64,000 bases of DNA from an uncultured Acidobacteriaceae bacterium. GTDB taxonomy: Bacteria; Acidobacteriota; Terriglobia; Terriglobales; Acidobacteriaceae. Of this stretch, positions 55,339 through 64,000 are shown piece by piece. The stretch is taken from positions 291,500 through 355,499 of the forward strand of contig CAVSQQ010000008.1 of NCBI GenBank assembly GCA_963730135.1, given 5' to 3'. Numbering within the stretch: position 1 is the first letter of the stretch; each line of letters begins with the position of its first letter. The notes under the pieces are model-generated. The model ran no database searches. It was given only the letters and a program-made list of their open reading frames with translations, and was not told where the DNA came from. A program made the position numbers and the translations under genes.

Positions 55339-57366
55339 TTACGCTGCCGCTGCTTCTTTCTCCATGGCGCGCTTGTAGGTCGTCAGCGCCAGAAGCGGGA
55401 AATAATCCCGGTACAGGTGGTAGGCAAGATAAAACACCCGCGGAAACCCTGTGCCGGTGTAGACTGCTTCGCTGTTGCGGTCCGCTGCCGACTCGTCCCA
55501 GCTTCCATTCTCCAACTGTTTGGTCACCAGCCAGCGAATGCCCTTGGCCACGGAGTCGCTTCTGGTGTCGCCGGCCGCAAGCAGTCCCAGGAGAGCCCAC
55601 GCCGTCTGCGATGGCGTGCTCGGCCCAATGCCGCGAAGGTTCGGATTGTCGTAGCTGGTGCAGGTCTCGCCCCAGCCGCCGTCGGCATTTTGCACCATGC
55701 GAATCCACTCCGCAGCCTGCTGGATCGCCGGCTCATGGTTCCATACTCCCATCGCCTCCAGGCCGCGCAGCACCAGGAAGGTGCCGTACAGGTAATTGAC
55801 GCCCCAACGGCCAAACCAGCTTCCGTCCGACTCCTGCTCTTTGAGAACGAACTGGATCGCCTTCTCCACGCGTTTGTCGCGCCGGGTGTAGCCGTAGTTC
55901 GCCAGCATCTCAAGAATGCGGCCTGTGATGTCGACCGTCGGCGGATCGAGCATCGCGTTGTGATCGGCAAACGGGATGTACTCGAAGATCATCTTCGTGT
56001 TGTCTTTATCGAAGCTGGCCCAGCCGCCATTTTTGCACTGCATGGCGAAGATCCAATCCAGCGCTCGCTGCGAGACATCGATCTGATTGCGTTCCCGGGG
56101 GTGACTGACGCAATTAAGAGCAAGAAGAACCTGGGCGGAATCATCTACATCCGGGTAAAACTCATTGTTGAACTCGAAGTACCACCCACCCGGCTGCACA
56201 TTGGGGAGACTCATCGACCAATCGCCCTTAGTGCGGACCTCTTTCGACATGAGCCAATCCGCGGCTTTAATCATGCGGGGATCCGTCTTCTCAATTCCGG
56301 CCTCGCCCAGCGCATAAACCGCCTGTGCCGTATCCCACACCGGAGACGAACACGGTTGCATGCGGAAGGTCGGGGTGGGATAGTCGGGCTCGCCGTCGGG
56401 ATTGTCGATGCCGAGTTTTTCGAACTCGTCCATCGCGCGAATGAACTGCGGATCGTCCGGGGTATAGCCCAGGCAAGCCAGCGCGATCAGAGCATTTAGC
56501 ATGGCGGGATAGATTGCGCCCAGGCCATCTGATTTCTCAAACCGCTCCAGCATCCACTTCTCCGCCTTCTTCAAAGCGATCGTGCGCAGCGGGCGAATGT
56601 GAACTCGCTCGGCCCAGTGAGCGATACGGTCGGCGGCAAGAAAGATATTTCTCCATCCGAAGATCTTCTTCTTGTCCCACTTCAAATGCAGATTCGCATT
56701 TTCGCGGCCGCCGACGAAGAGCTCATCGATTCCCTGCTCTTTCGTGATTTTTTTGAATGGCTTCTTCGCGTAAGCGATCGACAGCGGCACGACGATCGCC
56801 CTCGACCAGGCGGAGATCTCGTAGATATTGAAGTAGAACCACTTCGGAAACAGAACCAGTTCGGGCGGCACCGCCGGTACGGCATCGTACTCATACTGCC
56901 CCATGAAGCACAGGTAAATCTTGGTGAAGGTGTTCACCTCGGTCACGCCGCCATTGGCGAGGATCCACTTGCGCGCCTTCACCAGCACGGGGTCGTCGAC
57001 CGGACGGCCCATCAGTTTCAGCGCAAAATACGCCTTCACCCCAAGCGAGATATTCGATGGGCCATTGGGATAGATACTCCATCCGCCGTCTTCGTTCTGT
57101 TGTCGAAGAATCTCATTGACGGCGCGCTCCATCCTTCCGCGATCGCCCGTACCCAGCAGGGTGTGGACGAAGATGTAGTCTGACTCCAGCATGCTGTCGG
57201 CTTCGAGTTCACCGCACCAGTAGCCGTCAGGATGTTGCAGGCCGAGCAGCCAGTCTTTGGAGCGCTCAATGCCTTCGGCAACATGCTCGAGGCCGAGATC
57301 CATCCGTCCAAAGCGCGGTTGCGCCGGCTGGTTTACCGCCTTCGGATTGCTTGAAAAAGTCCCCAT
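55339..57366 (-). CDS. shc: Squalene-hopene cyclase
   Basis: YPDVDDSA (DxDD), QW repeats (QxxDGxW), WFGRWGVNYLYGT, TGTGFP. Confidence 0.97.
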   Translation of the reverse strand: MGTFSSNPKAVNQPAQPRFGRMDLGLEHVAEGIERSKDWLLGLQHPDGYWCGELEADSMLESDYIFVHTLLGTGDRGRMERAVNEILRQQNEDGGWSIYPNGPSNISLGVKAYFALKLMGRPVDDPVLVKARKWILANGGVTEVNTFTKIYLCFMGQYEYDAVPAVPPELVLFPKWFYFNIYEISAWSRAIVVPLSIAYAKKPFKKITKEQGIDELFVGGRENANLHLKWDKKKIFGWRNIFLAADRIAHWAERVHIRPLRTIALKKAEKWMLERFEKSDGLGAIYPAMLNALIALACLGYTPDDPQFIRAMDEFEKLGIDNPDGEPDYPTPTFRMQPCSSPVWDTAQAVYALGEAGIEKTDPRMIKAADWLMSKEVRTKGDWSMSLPNVQPGGWYFEFNNEFYPDVDDSAQVLLALNCVSHPRERNQIDVSQRALDWIFAMQCKNGGWASFDKDNTKMIFEYIPFADHNAMLDPPTVDITGRILEMLANYGYTRRDKRVEKAIQFVLKEQESDGSWFGRWGVNYLYGTFLVLRGLEAMGVWNHEPAIQQAAEWIRMVQNADGGWGETCTSYDNPNLRGIGPSTPSQTAWALLGLLAAGDTRSDSVAKGIRWLVTKQLENGSWDESAADRNSEAVYTGTGFPRVFYLAYHLYRDYFPLLALTTYKRAMEKEAAAA

Positions 57367-57396
57367 GAATACAAACTCTCTGTCTGCGGTTCTCGT

Positions 57397-58410
57397 TTAC
57401 CGGCCAACTGGCGGAGCCGATGCAATGGCCTGAACGATCTCCGGCGGCAGGCCGAAGCGCACATTCTCCGGCATTACCTCCACCTCGTCGACCGAACCAT
57501 AGCCCATGGTCTGCAGATATTCGACAACATCCTTCACTAGTACCTCGGGAGCGGACGCACCTGCTGTCACTGCGACAGTATCAACGCCCTTAAGCCACTC
57601 GGGCTGAATGGCATCGGCTGTATCGATCAGGTAAGAGTTGGTGTCGAGATTCTTCGAGACCTCGACCAGCCGGTTTGAGTTCGAGCTGTTCCGCGAACCG
57701 ACGACCAGAACCAGGTCCGCGCCGTGCGCTACATTTTTGACGGCTGTTTGACGATTCTCCGTTGCATAACAGATGTCCTGAGCATGCGGGCCGACAATGT
57801 TGGGAAACTTCTTCTTCAACGCCTCGATCATGTAGCGGGCCTCGTCCAGCGAGAGCGTCGTCTGCGTAAGATATGCCACCTTATCGGGATCCGGGACCAC
57901 CAGGGCATCGACCTCGGCTACGGTAGAAACCACCTGGGTGACGTCGGGCGCCTCGCCCTGGGTGCCCTCGACCTCTTCGTGATCGCGGTGCCCCACCAGC
58001 ACCAGCGAATAGCCCTGCTTGGCAAATTTGATCGCCTCAACGTGAACTTTGGTCACCAGTGGGCAGGTTGCATCGATCACCTTCAAACCCCGCTCCTTCG
58101 CCCGCTCCCGGACCGCCGGCGAAACCCCATGCGCAGAGTAGATTACCCGCGCGCCTTCGGGCACCTCGTCCAGCTCATTGACGAAGATCGCGCCCTTCTT
58201 GGCCAGATCCGTGACCACGTAGCTGTTATGCACAATCTCTTTGCGGACATAGATCGGCGCGCCGAAGGTATCCAGCGCAATCTGGACGATATCGATGGCC
58301 CGCACCACACCGGCGCAGAAGCCGCGTGGCTTGAGAAGAAGTACCCGTTTGGTTTTGGTTGAATCGCCGTTCCGGCCTGCGGCAACGTGCTCAAGGGTGG
58401 TTGTAGTCAC
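57397..58410 (-). CDS. ispH: 4-hydroxy-3-methylbut-2-enyl diphosphate reductase
   Basis: PRGFCAGV, EIVHN, SAHGV, DATCPLVTKVH, ICYATENRQ, TAGASAPE. Confidence 0.97.
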   Translation of the reverse strand: MTTTTLEHVAAGRNGDSTKTKRVLLLKPRGFCAGVVRAIDIVQIALDTFGAPIYVRKEIVHNSYVVTDLAKKGAIFVNELDEVPEGARVIYSAHGVSPAVRERAKERGLKVIDATCPLVTKVHVEAIKFAKQGYSLVLVGHRDHEEVEGTQGEAPDVTQVVSTVAEVDALVVPDPDKVAYLTQTTLSLDEARYMIEALKKKFPNIVGPHAQDICYATENRQTAVKNVAHGADLVLVVGSRNSSNSNRLVEVSKNLDTNSYLIDTADAIQPEWLKGVDTVAVTAGASAPEVLVKDVVEYLQTMGYGSVDEVEVMPENVRFGLPPEIVQAIASAPPVGR

Positions 58411-58505
58411 GTCTACAAGTATACCGCGTTCAACCCGCCGCAGGAATTAGTTTGAACCAATTTAGGTGCAACCCCGAACCCCCCAAAAGCGCAGAAAAGC
58501 CGCAA

Positions 58506-58538
58506 AAGCCGCGAACAAAATGCAGCGTTCAGCGGCTT
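58506..58538 (-). terminator. Hairpin downstream of metallothionein gene (possible terminator/REP-like)
   Basis: Minus strand AAGCCGCTGAAC...GTTCGCGGCTT followed by T-runs. Confidence 0.45.
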
Positions 58539-58579
58539 ACGCGCATCGTCAGCGCATCGTGGCGAAACAGGCCTTCTCT

Positions 58580-58735
58580 CTAAAGCTTTTGCGAGGCGCA
58601 GGCAGGATGACCGCAGTCGCACTGCAGTTTGGTCTCAGACTTTGCCGCCTGGCAATACGCGGAACAATACTTCTCACCCGGCGGAACCGTACAAAGACAG
58701 CCCTGCATCGCACACTTCTTCGAATCTGCAGACAT
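58580..58735 (-). CDS. Bacterial metallothionein, SmtA/BmtA-like, 51 aa (not in ORF track)
   Basis: MSADSKKCAMQGCLCTVPPGEKYCSAYCQAAKSETKLQCDCGHPACASQKL; 8 Cys + 1 His; AGGAGG 7 nt before ATG. Confidence 0.88.
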   Translation of the reverse strand: MSADSKKCAMQGCLCTVPPGEKYCSAYCQAAKSETKLQCDCGHPACASQKL

Positions 58736-58853
58736 AGCGCATCCTCCTGAAATTCTTCTGAAATGTTTCTCCCCCTGAGATGCAGGTTCGCTGCGACAAG
58801 ATGCCGGGGCGGCTCCTCTTATCCAATGCTTTCCACTTATCGGTTGCTTTCCA

Positions 58854-60548
58854 CTATCGGCTGCTCTCCAAAAGATGAGCGGCGTGTTTCAGGCTGGTCT
58901 CCGTGAGCTTGGCCCCACTCAACATGCGGGCGATCTCCTGGGTTCGCTCGGACTCCTCCATGCGGCGAACCTGAGTCTGCGTGCGGCCGCGCTTCTCCGT
59001 CTTCTCAATCAGGAAATGCTGGTCCCCAAACGCCGCGATCTGAGGAAGATGGGTAATGCACAACACTTGCTGACCCTTTGCCAGCCTCTTCAACTTCCGC
59101 CCCACCGCCTCGGCTGCCCGTCCACCGATGCCGATATCGATCTCATCGAAGACCAGCGTGCGCGGCAGAGGAGCCTTCTTCTTCCGCGCCGAGCCTCCCA
59201 GCGAGGCCTCTTCGACCGTCACCTTCAACGCGAGCATCACGCGGGACATCTCGCCGCCGGAGGCAATCTCATGCAGCGGCTTCATCGGCTCCCCCGCATT
59301 GGTCGCAATCAGGCACTCCACCTGGTCCCAGCCATGAGTGGTCCAACTCGCCGGCGACTTCTCCGCCGTCACCTGCACATGAAACTTCGCGCTCATCGCA
59401 AGATCGTTGATCTGCGCCTCCGCCAGCTTCTCAAGCCGTTTCGCCGCGTCGGCACGCCCGGCGGTAAGCTGCGCTGCAACCTTGCGATAAGCCGCCGCGT
59501 CCAGCTCTTCCTTAGCCTTCAACTCCACCAGCAATGCGTCCCTGTTCTCCACCTCGCCCAACTGCCGCGCCGACTCTGCACCGAAGGCGATCACGTCCTT
59601 CAGTGTCTGGCCATACTTCCGCTTGAGCCGGTCGAGTGCCGCCAGCCGGTCCTCGATCTCCTCCAGACGCCCCGGAGCGGCATGAACACGGTCGGCAAAG
59701 TCGCGCACCTCGGCGTCGACGTCCTCCACAATCGCCTTCGCCGCGGCCAACTGCTGTGCCGGTTCCTGAAATCGCGGGTCATACCGTGCCAGCTCCTCCA
59801 CCTGCTTCAGCGCCGCACCCAGGGCGCCCTCGGCAGAGCCCTCCGACTCATACAGCAGCTCATGCGCGCTCATCGCGGCCGTGTAAAGCTTCTCCGCATT
59901 GGCCAGAACTCGTTTCTCCGCCTCCAGCTGTATGTCCTCGTCCTCGGCAACCAACCCCGCCTGATCGATCTCCTTGCTTTGAAACCGCCAGAGGTCCGCC
60001 ATTCGCAGACGATCCTGCTCCGCAGACTGCAACTCATTCAATTTGTCGGTCGTCGCGCGCCATGAAGCAAATGCCTCCGCAACCCCGTCGCTATTCAATC
60101 CGCCAAAACGATCCAGCAGGCTGCGCTGCTGCGCCTGGTCGAACGAACCCAGGGTTTCGCCCTGCGAGTGCACCAGCGCGAGTTCCGGCGCAAGCTGCCG
60201 CAGCACACCCACCGTCGCCGGCTGATTATTGACGAACACGCGGCCTTTGCCGTTGGATACGATCTCCCGTCGCAACAAAACATGATCCGACTCCGAGTCG
60301 ATTCCGTTCTCCTCGAGGATCGCGGCTGCTCCCGGCGTCAGCTCAAAAACGCAACTCACAACTGCCTTCTCTTCCCCATGACGAATCACGTCGGCCGACG
60401 CCTTGCCGCCCAGCAGCAGCGCAAGCGCATCGATCAAAATGGACTTGCCCGCGCCCGTCTCACCCGTCAGAAGGTTCAGGCCACCCCCGAACGCAGCGAC
60501 GGCACGGTCGATCACAGCATAGTTTTCCGCACGCAACTCCAGCAGCAT
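58854..60548 (-). CDS. recN: DNA repair protein RecN
   Basis: MLLELRAENY, TGETGAGKS, ASGGEMSR, VFDEIDIGIGG, CITHLPQIAA. Confidence 0.97.
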   Translation of the reverse strand: MLLELRAENYAVIDRAVAAFGGGLNLLTGETGAGKSILIDALALLLGGKASADVIRHGEEKAVVSCVFELTPGAAAILEENGIDSESDHVLLRREIVSNGKGRVFVNNQPATVGVLRQLAPELALVHSQGETLGSFDQAQQRSLLDRFGGLNSDGVAEAFASWRATTDKLNELQSAEQDRLRMADLWRFQSKEIDQAGLVAEDEDIQLEAEKRVLANAEKLYTAAMSAHELLYESEGSAEGALGAALKQVEELARYDPRFQEPAQQLAAAKAIVEDVDAEVRDFADRVHAAPGRLEEIEDRLAALDRLKRKYGQTLKDVIAFGAESARQLGEVENRDALLVELKAKEELDAAAYRKVAAQLTAGRADAAKRLEKLAEAQINDLAMSAKFHVQVTAEKSPASWTTHGWDQVECLIATNAGEPMKPLHEIASGGEMSRVMLALKVTVEEASLGGSARKKKAPLPRTLVFDEIDIGIGGRAAEAVGRKLKRLAKGQQVLCITHLPQIAAFGDQHFLIEKTEKRGRTQTQVRRMEESERTQEIARMLSGAKLTETSLKHAAHLLESSR

Positions 60549-60704
60549 AGAGGCCCTCAGGCAACGACGTAACGCGAGGATAGCAAACCTCCAAGGTCTC
60601 TCGTCAGGAACCTTCCTGTGCACCCGAAAGAGCTGGCCACGGCAGATGCGCAGCCGAATTTTTGCTCCATCACGATTTACACTAAGGACTGGTGGACACT
60701 AACT

Positions 60705-61481
60705 ATGGTCTGGACCCTCGCCTTTGCTCTCTTTCTTTTCCAGGACGACACCTCTGGCGCTCCTTCGGCAGCCGGCGGCAGCGCCCTTCTGGAGATGATC
60801 CACAACAGCGGCGCCGTCGCCCGCACGGTTCTCGTCATTCTTCTCATCGCGAGCATCTGTTCGTGGGCCATCATGATCTCCAAGTGGTCCCTCTTCCGCA
60901 AGGCCCGGACGCAGAGCGCGCGCTTTATTCGTGCCTTCCGTAAGTCGACACGGCTCAGCGAAATCGCCGCGGTCGCCGAGCAGTTCAGGCCCAGCCCTCT
61001 CATCGCAGTCTTTAACGAGATTCACGACGAGTATCAGCGGCAGAACGGAGGACGCGGCATGCCGCGCAACCCCGTCGCGCTCGAACGCGCCGCACAGACT
61101 GCCTCGAGCGAAGCCCTTACCGCAATGGAGAGTCGCATGACCTGGCTCGCCACAATCGGAAATATATCGGTCTTCCTCGGACTCTTCGGCACCGTCATGG
61201 GCATCATCGACGCCTTCCACGGCCTCGGCACCGCGGGTGCCGCGACTCTGCGCGCCGTCGCCCCCGGCATCTCGGAGGCGCTCGTTACCACTGCTGCCGG
61301 CCTTGTCGTCGCCATCCCCGCCGTTGTCGGCTACAACCAGCTCACGGCGCGGCTTCGCGAGTTCGCCGCTCGCATGGACGACTTTGGCCGGGAACTTCTT
61401 AACGCAATTGAAAACGCCGCGATGATGACGCCGCCACCCGCGCCACCACAGCCTGAAGAGGCGAGACGGAGGGCCTTCTAG
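60705..61481 (+). CDS. tolQ: MotA/TolQ/ExbB proton channel (TolQ)
   Basis: LATIGN...GLFGTVMGI, VAPGISEALVTTAAGL.VAIPA; adjacent to tolR/A/B. Confidence 0.9.
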   Translation: MVWTLAFALFLFQDDTSGAPSAAGGSALLEMIHNSGAVARTVLVILLIASICSWAIMISKWSLFRKARTQSARFIRAFRKSTRLSEIAAVAEQFRPSPLIAVFNEIHDEYQRQNGGRGMPRNPVALERAAQTASSEALTAMESRMTWLATIGNISVFLGLFGTVMGIIDAFHGLGTAGAATLRAVAPGISEALVTTAAGLVVAIPAVVGYNQLTARLREFAARMDDFGRELLNAIENAAMMTPPPAPPQPEEARRRAF

Positions 61482-61483
61482 CC

Positions 61484-61897
61484 ATGGCCTTTTCTTCTAA
61501 AGGACACACCCAGACCGCTCTAGCCGAGATTAACGTAACTCCCTTGGTCGATGTCGTTCTTGTGCTCCTGCTCATCTTCATGCTCACGGCTCCGGTGCTT
61601 CAATCCGGCGTCGAAGTTGCGATACCCAAGACGCGCACCGTCAATCAACTCACGGAAGAGCGCATGGTCGTCACCATCGACCGCGAGCAGAACGTCTTCC
61701 TGCAGGACAAGCCGGTCAACGTCAATCAGCTCCCCGCCCTGCTGAAGGCCGGCGCCAGCGCCAACCCCGCCAAACGCATCATCTATCTGCGAGCCGACGA
61801 GCGCGTTCCCTTCGGCGCCTTCGCCTCGGTTATGGATGCCGTCAAACAAGCCGGCATCACCAACATCAGCATCGTCACCCAGCCGCTGAAACCCTAA
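61484..61897 (+). CDS. tolR: ExbD/TolR family protein
   Basis: EINVTPLVDVVLVLLLIFM, LRADERVPFG. Confidence 0.9.
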   Translation: MAFSSKGHTQTALAEINVTPLVDVVLVLLLIFMLTAPVLQSGVEVAIPKTRTVNQLTEERMVVTIDREQNVFLQDKPVNVNQLPALLKAGASANPAKRIIYLRADERVPFGAFASVMDAVKQAGITNISIVTQPLKP

Positions 61898-61904
61898 GGG
61901 AGCG

Positions 61905-62708
61905 ATCATCCCCGCAAATCTCCAACTCGGCCGCGACGAATTCATCGATAGCGACAGGCTCGGCGTCAACTTCGCCGGCTCGCTTCTGCTTCACGGCCTC
62001 GTCGCTGCCGTCATCGTGGGCTGGGCGTTTTTCTTCCACACTCGAGATCAGCACTGGGGCGAAAACGCATCCAACGTCGGAGCCATCCAGGCCACCATGG
62101 TGTCGGCGATTCCTCTGCCGCCAACGCAACGCACGCTCGATAGCGGGGTCCTGACCTCGGAGGCGCCGAGCCCTGCGCCGGTGGTCACGAAAGAGAGAAC
62201 CGAACCGCCTCCAACTCCAGACGCCGTCGCCATCCCCGAGAAGATCACCAAGCCGATCAAGACGGCCGAGAAGCCTGCCCCCGCACCGCCCAAACACATC
62301 CAGCCCGTCACCCCGCCGCCCACCAAGGCCGTTACCGGAGAGACCTCCGGCATCCGCATCGCCCAGTCCACCATTGAACTGAAAAACGGCACCGCCAGCG
62401 TCTCCATCGAAGACCGCACCTTCGGAGCACGCTTCGCCTACTACGTGAACATCATCAACCAAAAAGTTGCCCAGAACTGGTACACCGGCGAAGCCGATCC
62501 CCGCACCTCCACCGGCAAAAGCACAACCGTCGTCTTCGACATCAATCGCGAAGGCGTTCCCTCCAACGCTCGCATCGAGATCAGCAGCGGCTCTCCTTCG
62601 CTGGACATGTCTGCCATGCGCGCCGTACAGCGTGTCGACGGCTTCGGCCCTCTCCCGCAGGGCGACCACGTCACCGTGGAGTACACCTTCCACCTCCAGC
62701 CGCAGTAA
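61905..62708 (+). CDS. tolA: TolA/TonB-family energy transducer; appears to start at non-canonical ATC (61905 or 61908)
   Basis: TM with SLLLH motif encoded upstream of the first canonical start (GTG 62016); Pro-rich linker; SGSPSLDMSAMRAV...FGPLP C-terminal domain. Confidence 0.8.
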   Translation: MIPANLQLGRDEFIDSDRLGVNFAGSLLLHGLVAAVIVGWAFFFHTRDQHWGENASNVGAIQATMVSAIPLPPTQRTLDSGVLTSEAPSPAPVVTKERTEPPPTPDAVAIPEKITKPIKTAEKPAPAPPKHIQPVTPPPTKAVTGETSGIRIAQSTIELKNGTASVSIEDRTFGARFAYYVNIINQKVAQNWYTGEADPRTSTGKSTTVVFDINREGVPSNARIEISSGSPSLDMSAMRAVQRVDGFGPLPQGDHVTVEYTFHLQPQ

Positions 62709-62810
62709 GTTCCGGCGCAGTGAAGAATTCCGGCGTATTCCTTTGATTACCACCGCGTGCAGGCTAAAGGTATCCTCCCACGCCGGTTTTGCGTCTAACA
62801 TAAGAACAGC

Positions 62811-64000
62811 ATGCTTAGTGCAAAACGATCGTCCCCCTTTCGGCACGCTCAGTTTTATTGCCTCGGAGCTCTCCTTCTTCTTCTGCTGACCTGTCCTCTC
62901 GCTCTGCGCGCGCAGGTCATTCAGACCGAAACCTCCAAGGGAGCAACCGTCCGCATCGCCGTTGCGGACTTCAAACCGCTCGGCGCCGATCCCCAAACCG
63001 AAACTCTGAAACGCACCTTCGACTCGACGCTGTACGCCGATCTGGCCAACGCCGGCATCTTCGACATCGTCTCCAAGAGCCTGCTGCCCCAAGCCACTCC
63101 GGGCTCTCCGTCCGAGATGAGCGTGCAGCAATGGTCGATGGCGCCCACCTCCGCCGCGATGGTAGCCTTCGGCAACTTCAGCGTTCAGGGCGGCAAGATC
63201 ATCTGCAACGGCTTTCTCTTCGACGCCAAAAATCTGCAATACCCGCAGGTGCTCGCCAAGCAGTACAACGAGGACGCCAGCGACGACTCCGCACGCCAGA
63301 TCGCTCATCGCTTCGCCGACGAGATCATCTTTCGCCTCAGTGGCGGCAGCCAGGGCATTGCAGAATCGAAGATCTACTACGTCAAAATCAGCGGCCCCGA
63401 CAAAGAGATATGGGAGATGGACTACGACGGAGCCAATCAGCATGCCATCACCCACCTCGGCACGGTTTCGCTCTCTCCGCGCATCTCCCCCGATAACTCG
63501 CGTGTGGCCTTTTCTTCGCTTGGCCACGACGGCTTTCAGATCCGCATGTTCTCCCTTGACCTCGGCCGCATGGTGAACTTTCCCAGCGTCGGCGGAACCA
63601 ACATAACGCCGGCCTGGTCCCCCAACGGAAAGGACATCGCCTACTCGTCCTCACGTACCGGGGATCCGGAGATTTGGATCTCCGACGCGAACGGCGCTCT
63701 TGCCCGCCGCATCACCAGCTTCCGCGGCCCCGACGTCTCGCCCGTCTTCAATCCGCGAACCGGCTCGCAGATCGCCTGGATCAGCGGGCGCACCGGCCTG
63801 CCGCAGCTCTACATCATGGATACCGACGGCTCCGCCGTACAGCGCATGACCGACGGCGGCTACGCGACCTCCGTCTCCTGGTCCCCCAACGGCCAGTTTC
63901 TCGCCTTTGCCTGGGACCGAAAATACGGACCCGGCGCTCCCGGCGGACAGGACATCTACGTCATGGAGATCGCCACCAGGAAGTGGATTCAACTCACCCA
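62811..64000 (+). CDS. tolB: Tol-Pal beta-propeller protein TolB, 3' truncated
   Basis: MLSAKRSS...LRAQ signal, RIAVADF, AHRFADEI, repeated PAWSPNG/ISPD units. Confidence 0.92.
   Translation, partial: MLSAKRSSPFRHAQFYCLGALLLLLLTCPLALRAQVIQTETSKGATVRIAVADFKPLGADPQTETLKRTFDSTLYADLANAGIFDIVSKSLLPQATPGSPSEMSVQQWSMAPTSAAMVAFGNFSVQGGKIICNGFLFDAKNLQYPQVLAKQYNEDASDDSARQIAHRFADEIIFRLSGGSQGIAESKIYYVKISGPDKEIWEMDYDGANQHAITHLGTVSLSPRISPDNSRVAFSSLGHDGFQIRMFSLDLGRMVNFPSVGGTNITPAWSPNGKDIAYSSSRTGDPEIWISDANGALARRITSFRGPDVSPVFNPRTGSQIAWISGRTGLPQLYIMDTDGSAVQRMTDGGYATSVSWSPNGQFLAFAWDRKYGPGAPGGQDIYVMEIATRKWIQLT

Noticed and set aside
58827-58861. 17-bp tandem repeat over the recN stop
   Set aside because: Two copies only; likely local slippage with no evident function

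Overview
The window looks like chromosomal DNA from a subdivision-1 Acidobacterium (Edaphobacter/Granulicella-like; inferred from gene content and repeat style, not a search). Left (~1-21 kb, visibly lower GC): the end of an exopolysaccharide locus (SLBB export protein, Wzz-like co-polymerase, Wzx flippase, GT2/GT4/GT26, priming sugar transferase, GT87-beta-propeller fusion), a regulator/kinase/porin/blue-copper module, three orphan NarL-type regulators, an OM beta-barrel and a PEP-CTERM GDSL protein, ending at tRNA-Ser(GGA). Middle (21-46 kb): carboxypeptidase-regulatory-domain pair, a candidate dif site, thiS, thiD, REP-like repeats, frameshifted pyrF with a direct-repeat-flanked mini-insertion at its 5' end, an amidinotransferase, accA, dnaE and hydrolases. 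Right (46-64 kb): PDZ/GAF/PAS kinase with a sigma54 regulator, a hopanoid cluster (ispH-shc-hpnH-orf-hpnA-hpnG-Zn dehydrogenase), recN and tolQ-tolR-tolA-tolB. Two real small genes missed by the ORF track were found by hand: an SmtA-like metallothionein (58580-58735) and a 59-aa zinc-ribbon protein (30607-30786). No CRISPR, rRNA, integrase or transposase was seen. All calls come from reading motifs by eye; no database search was run.
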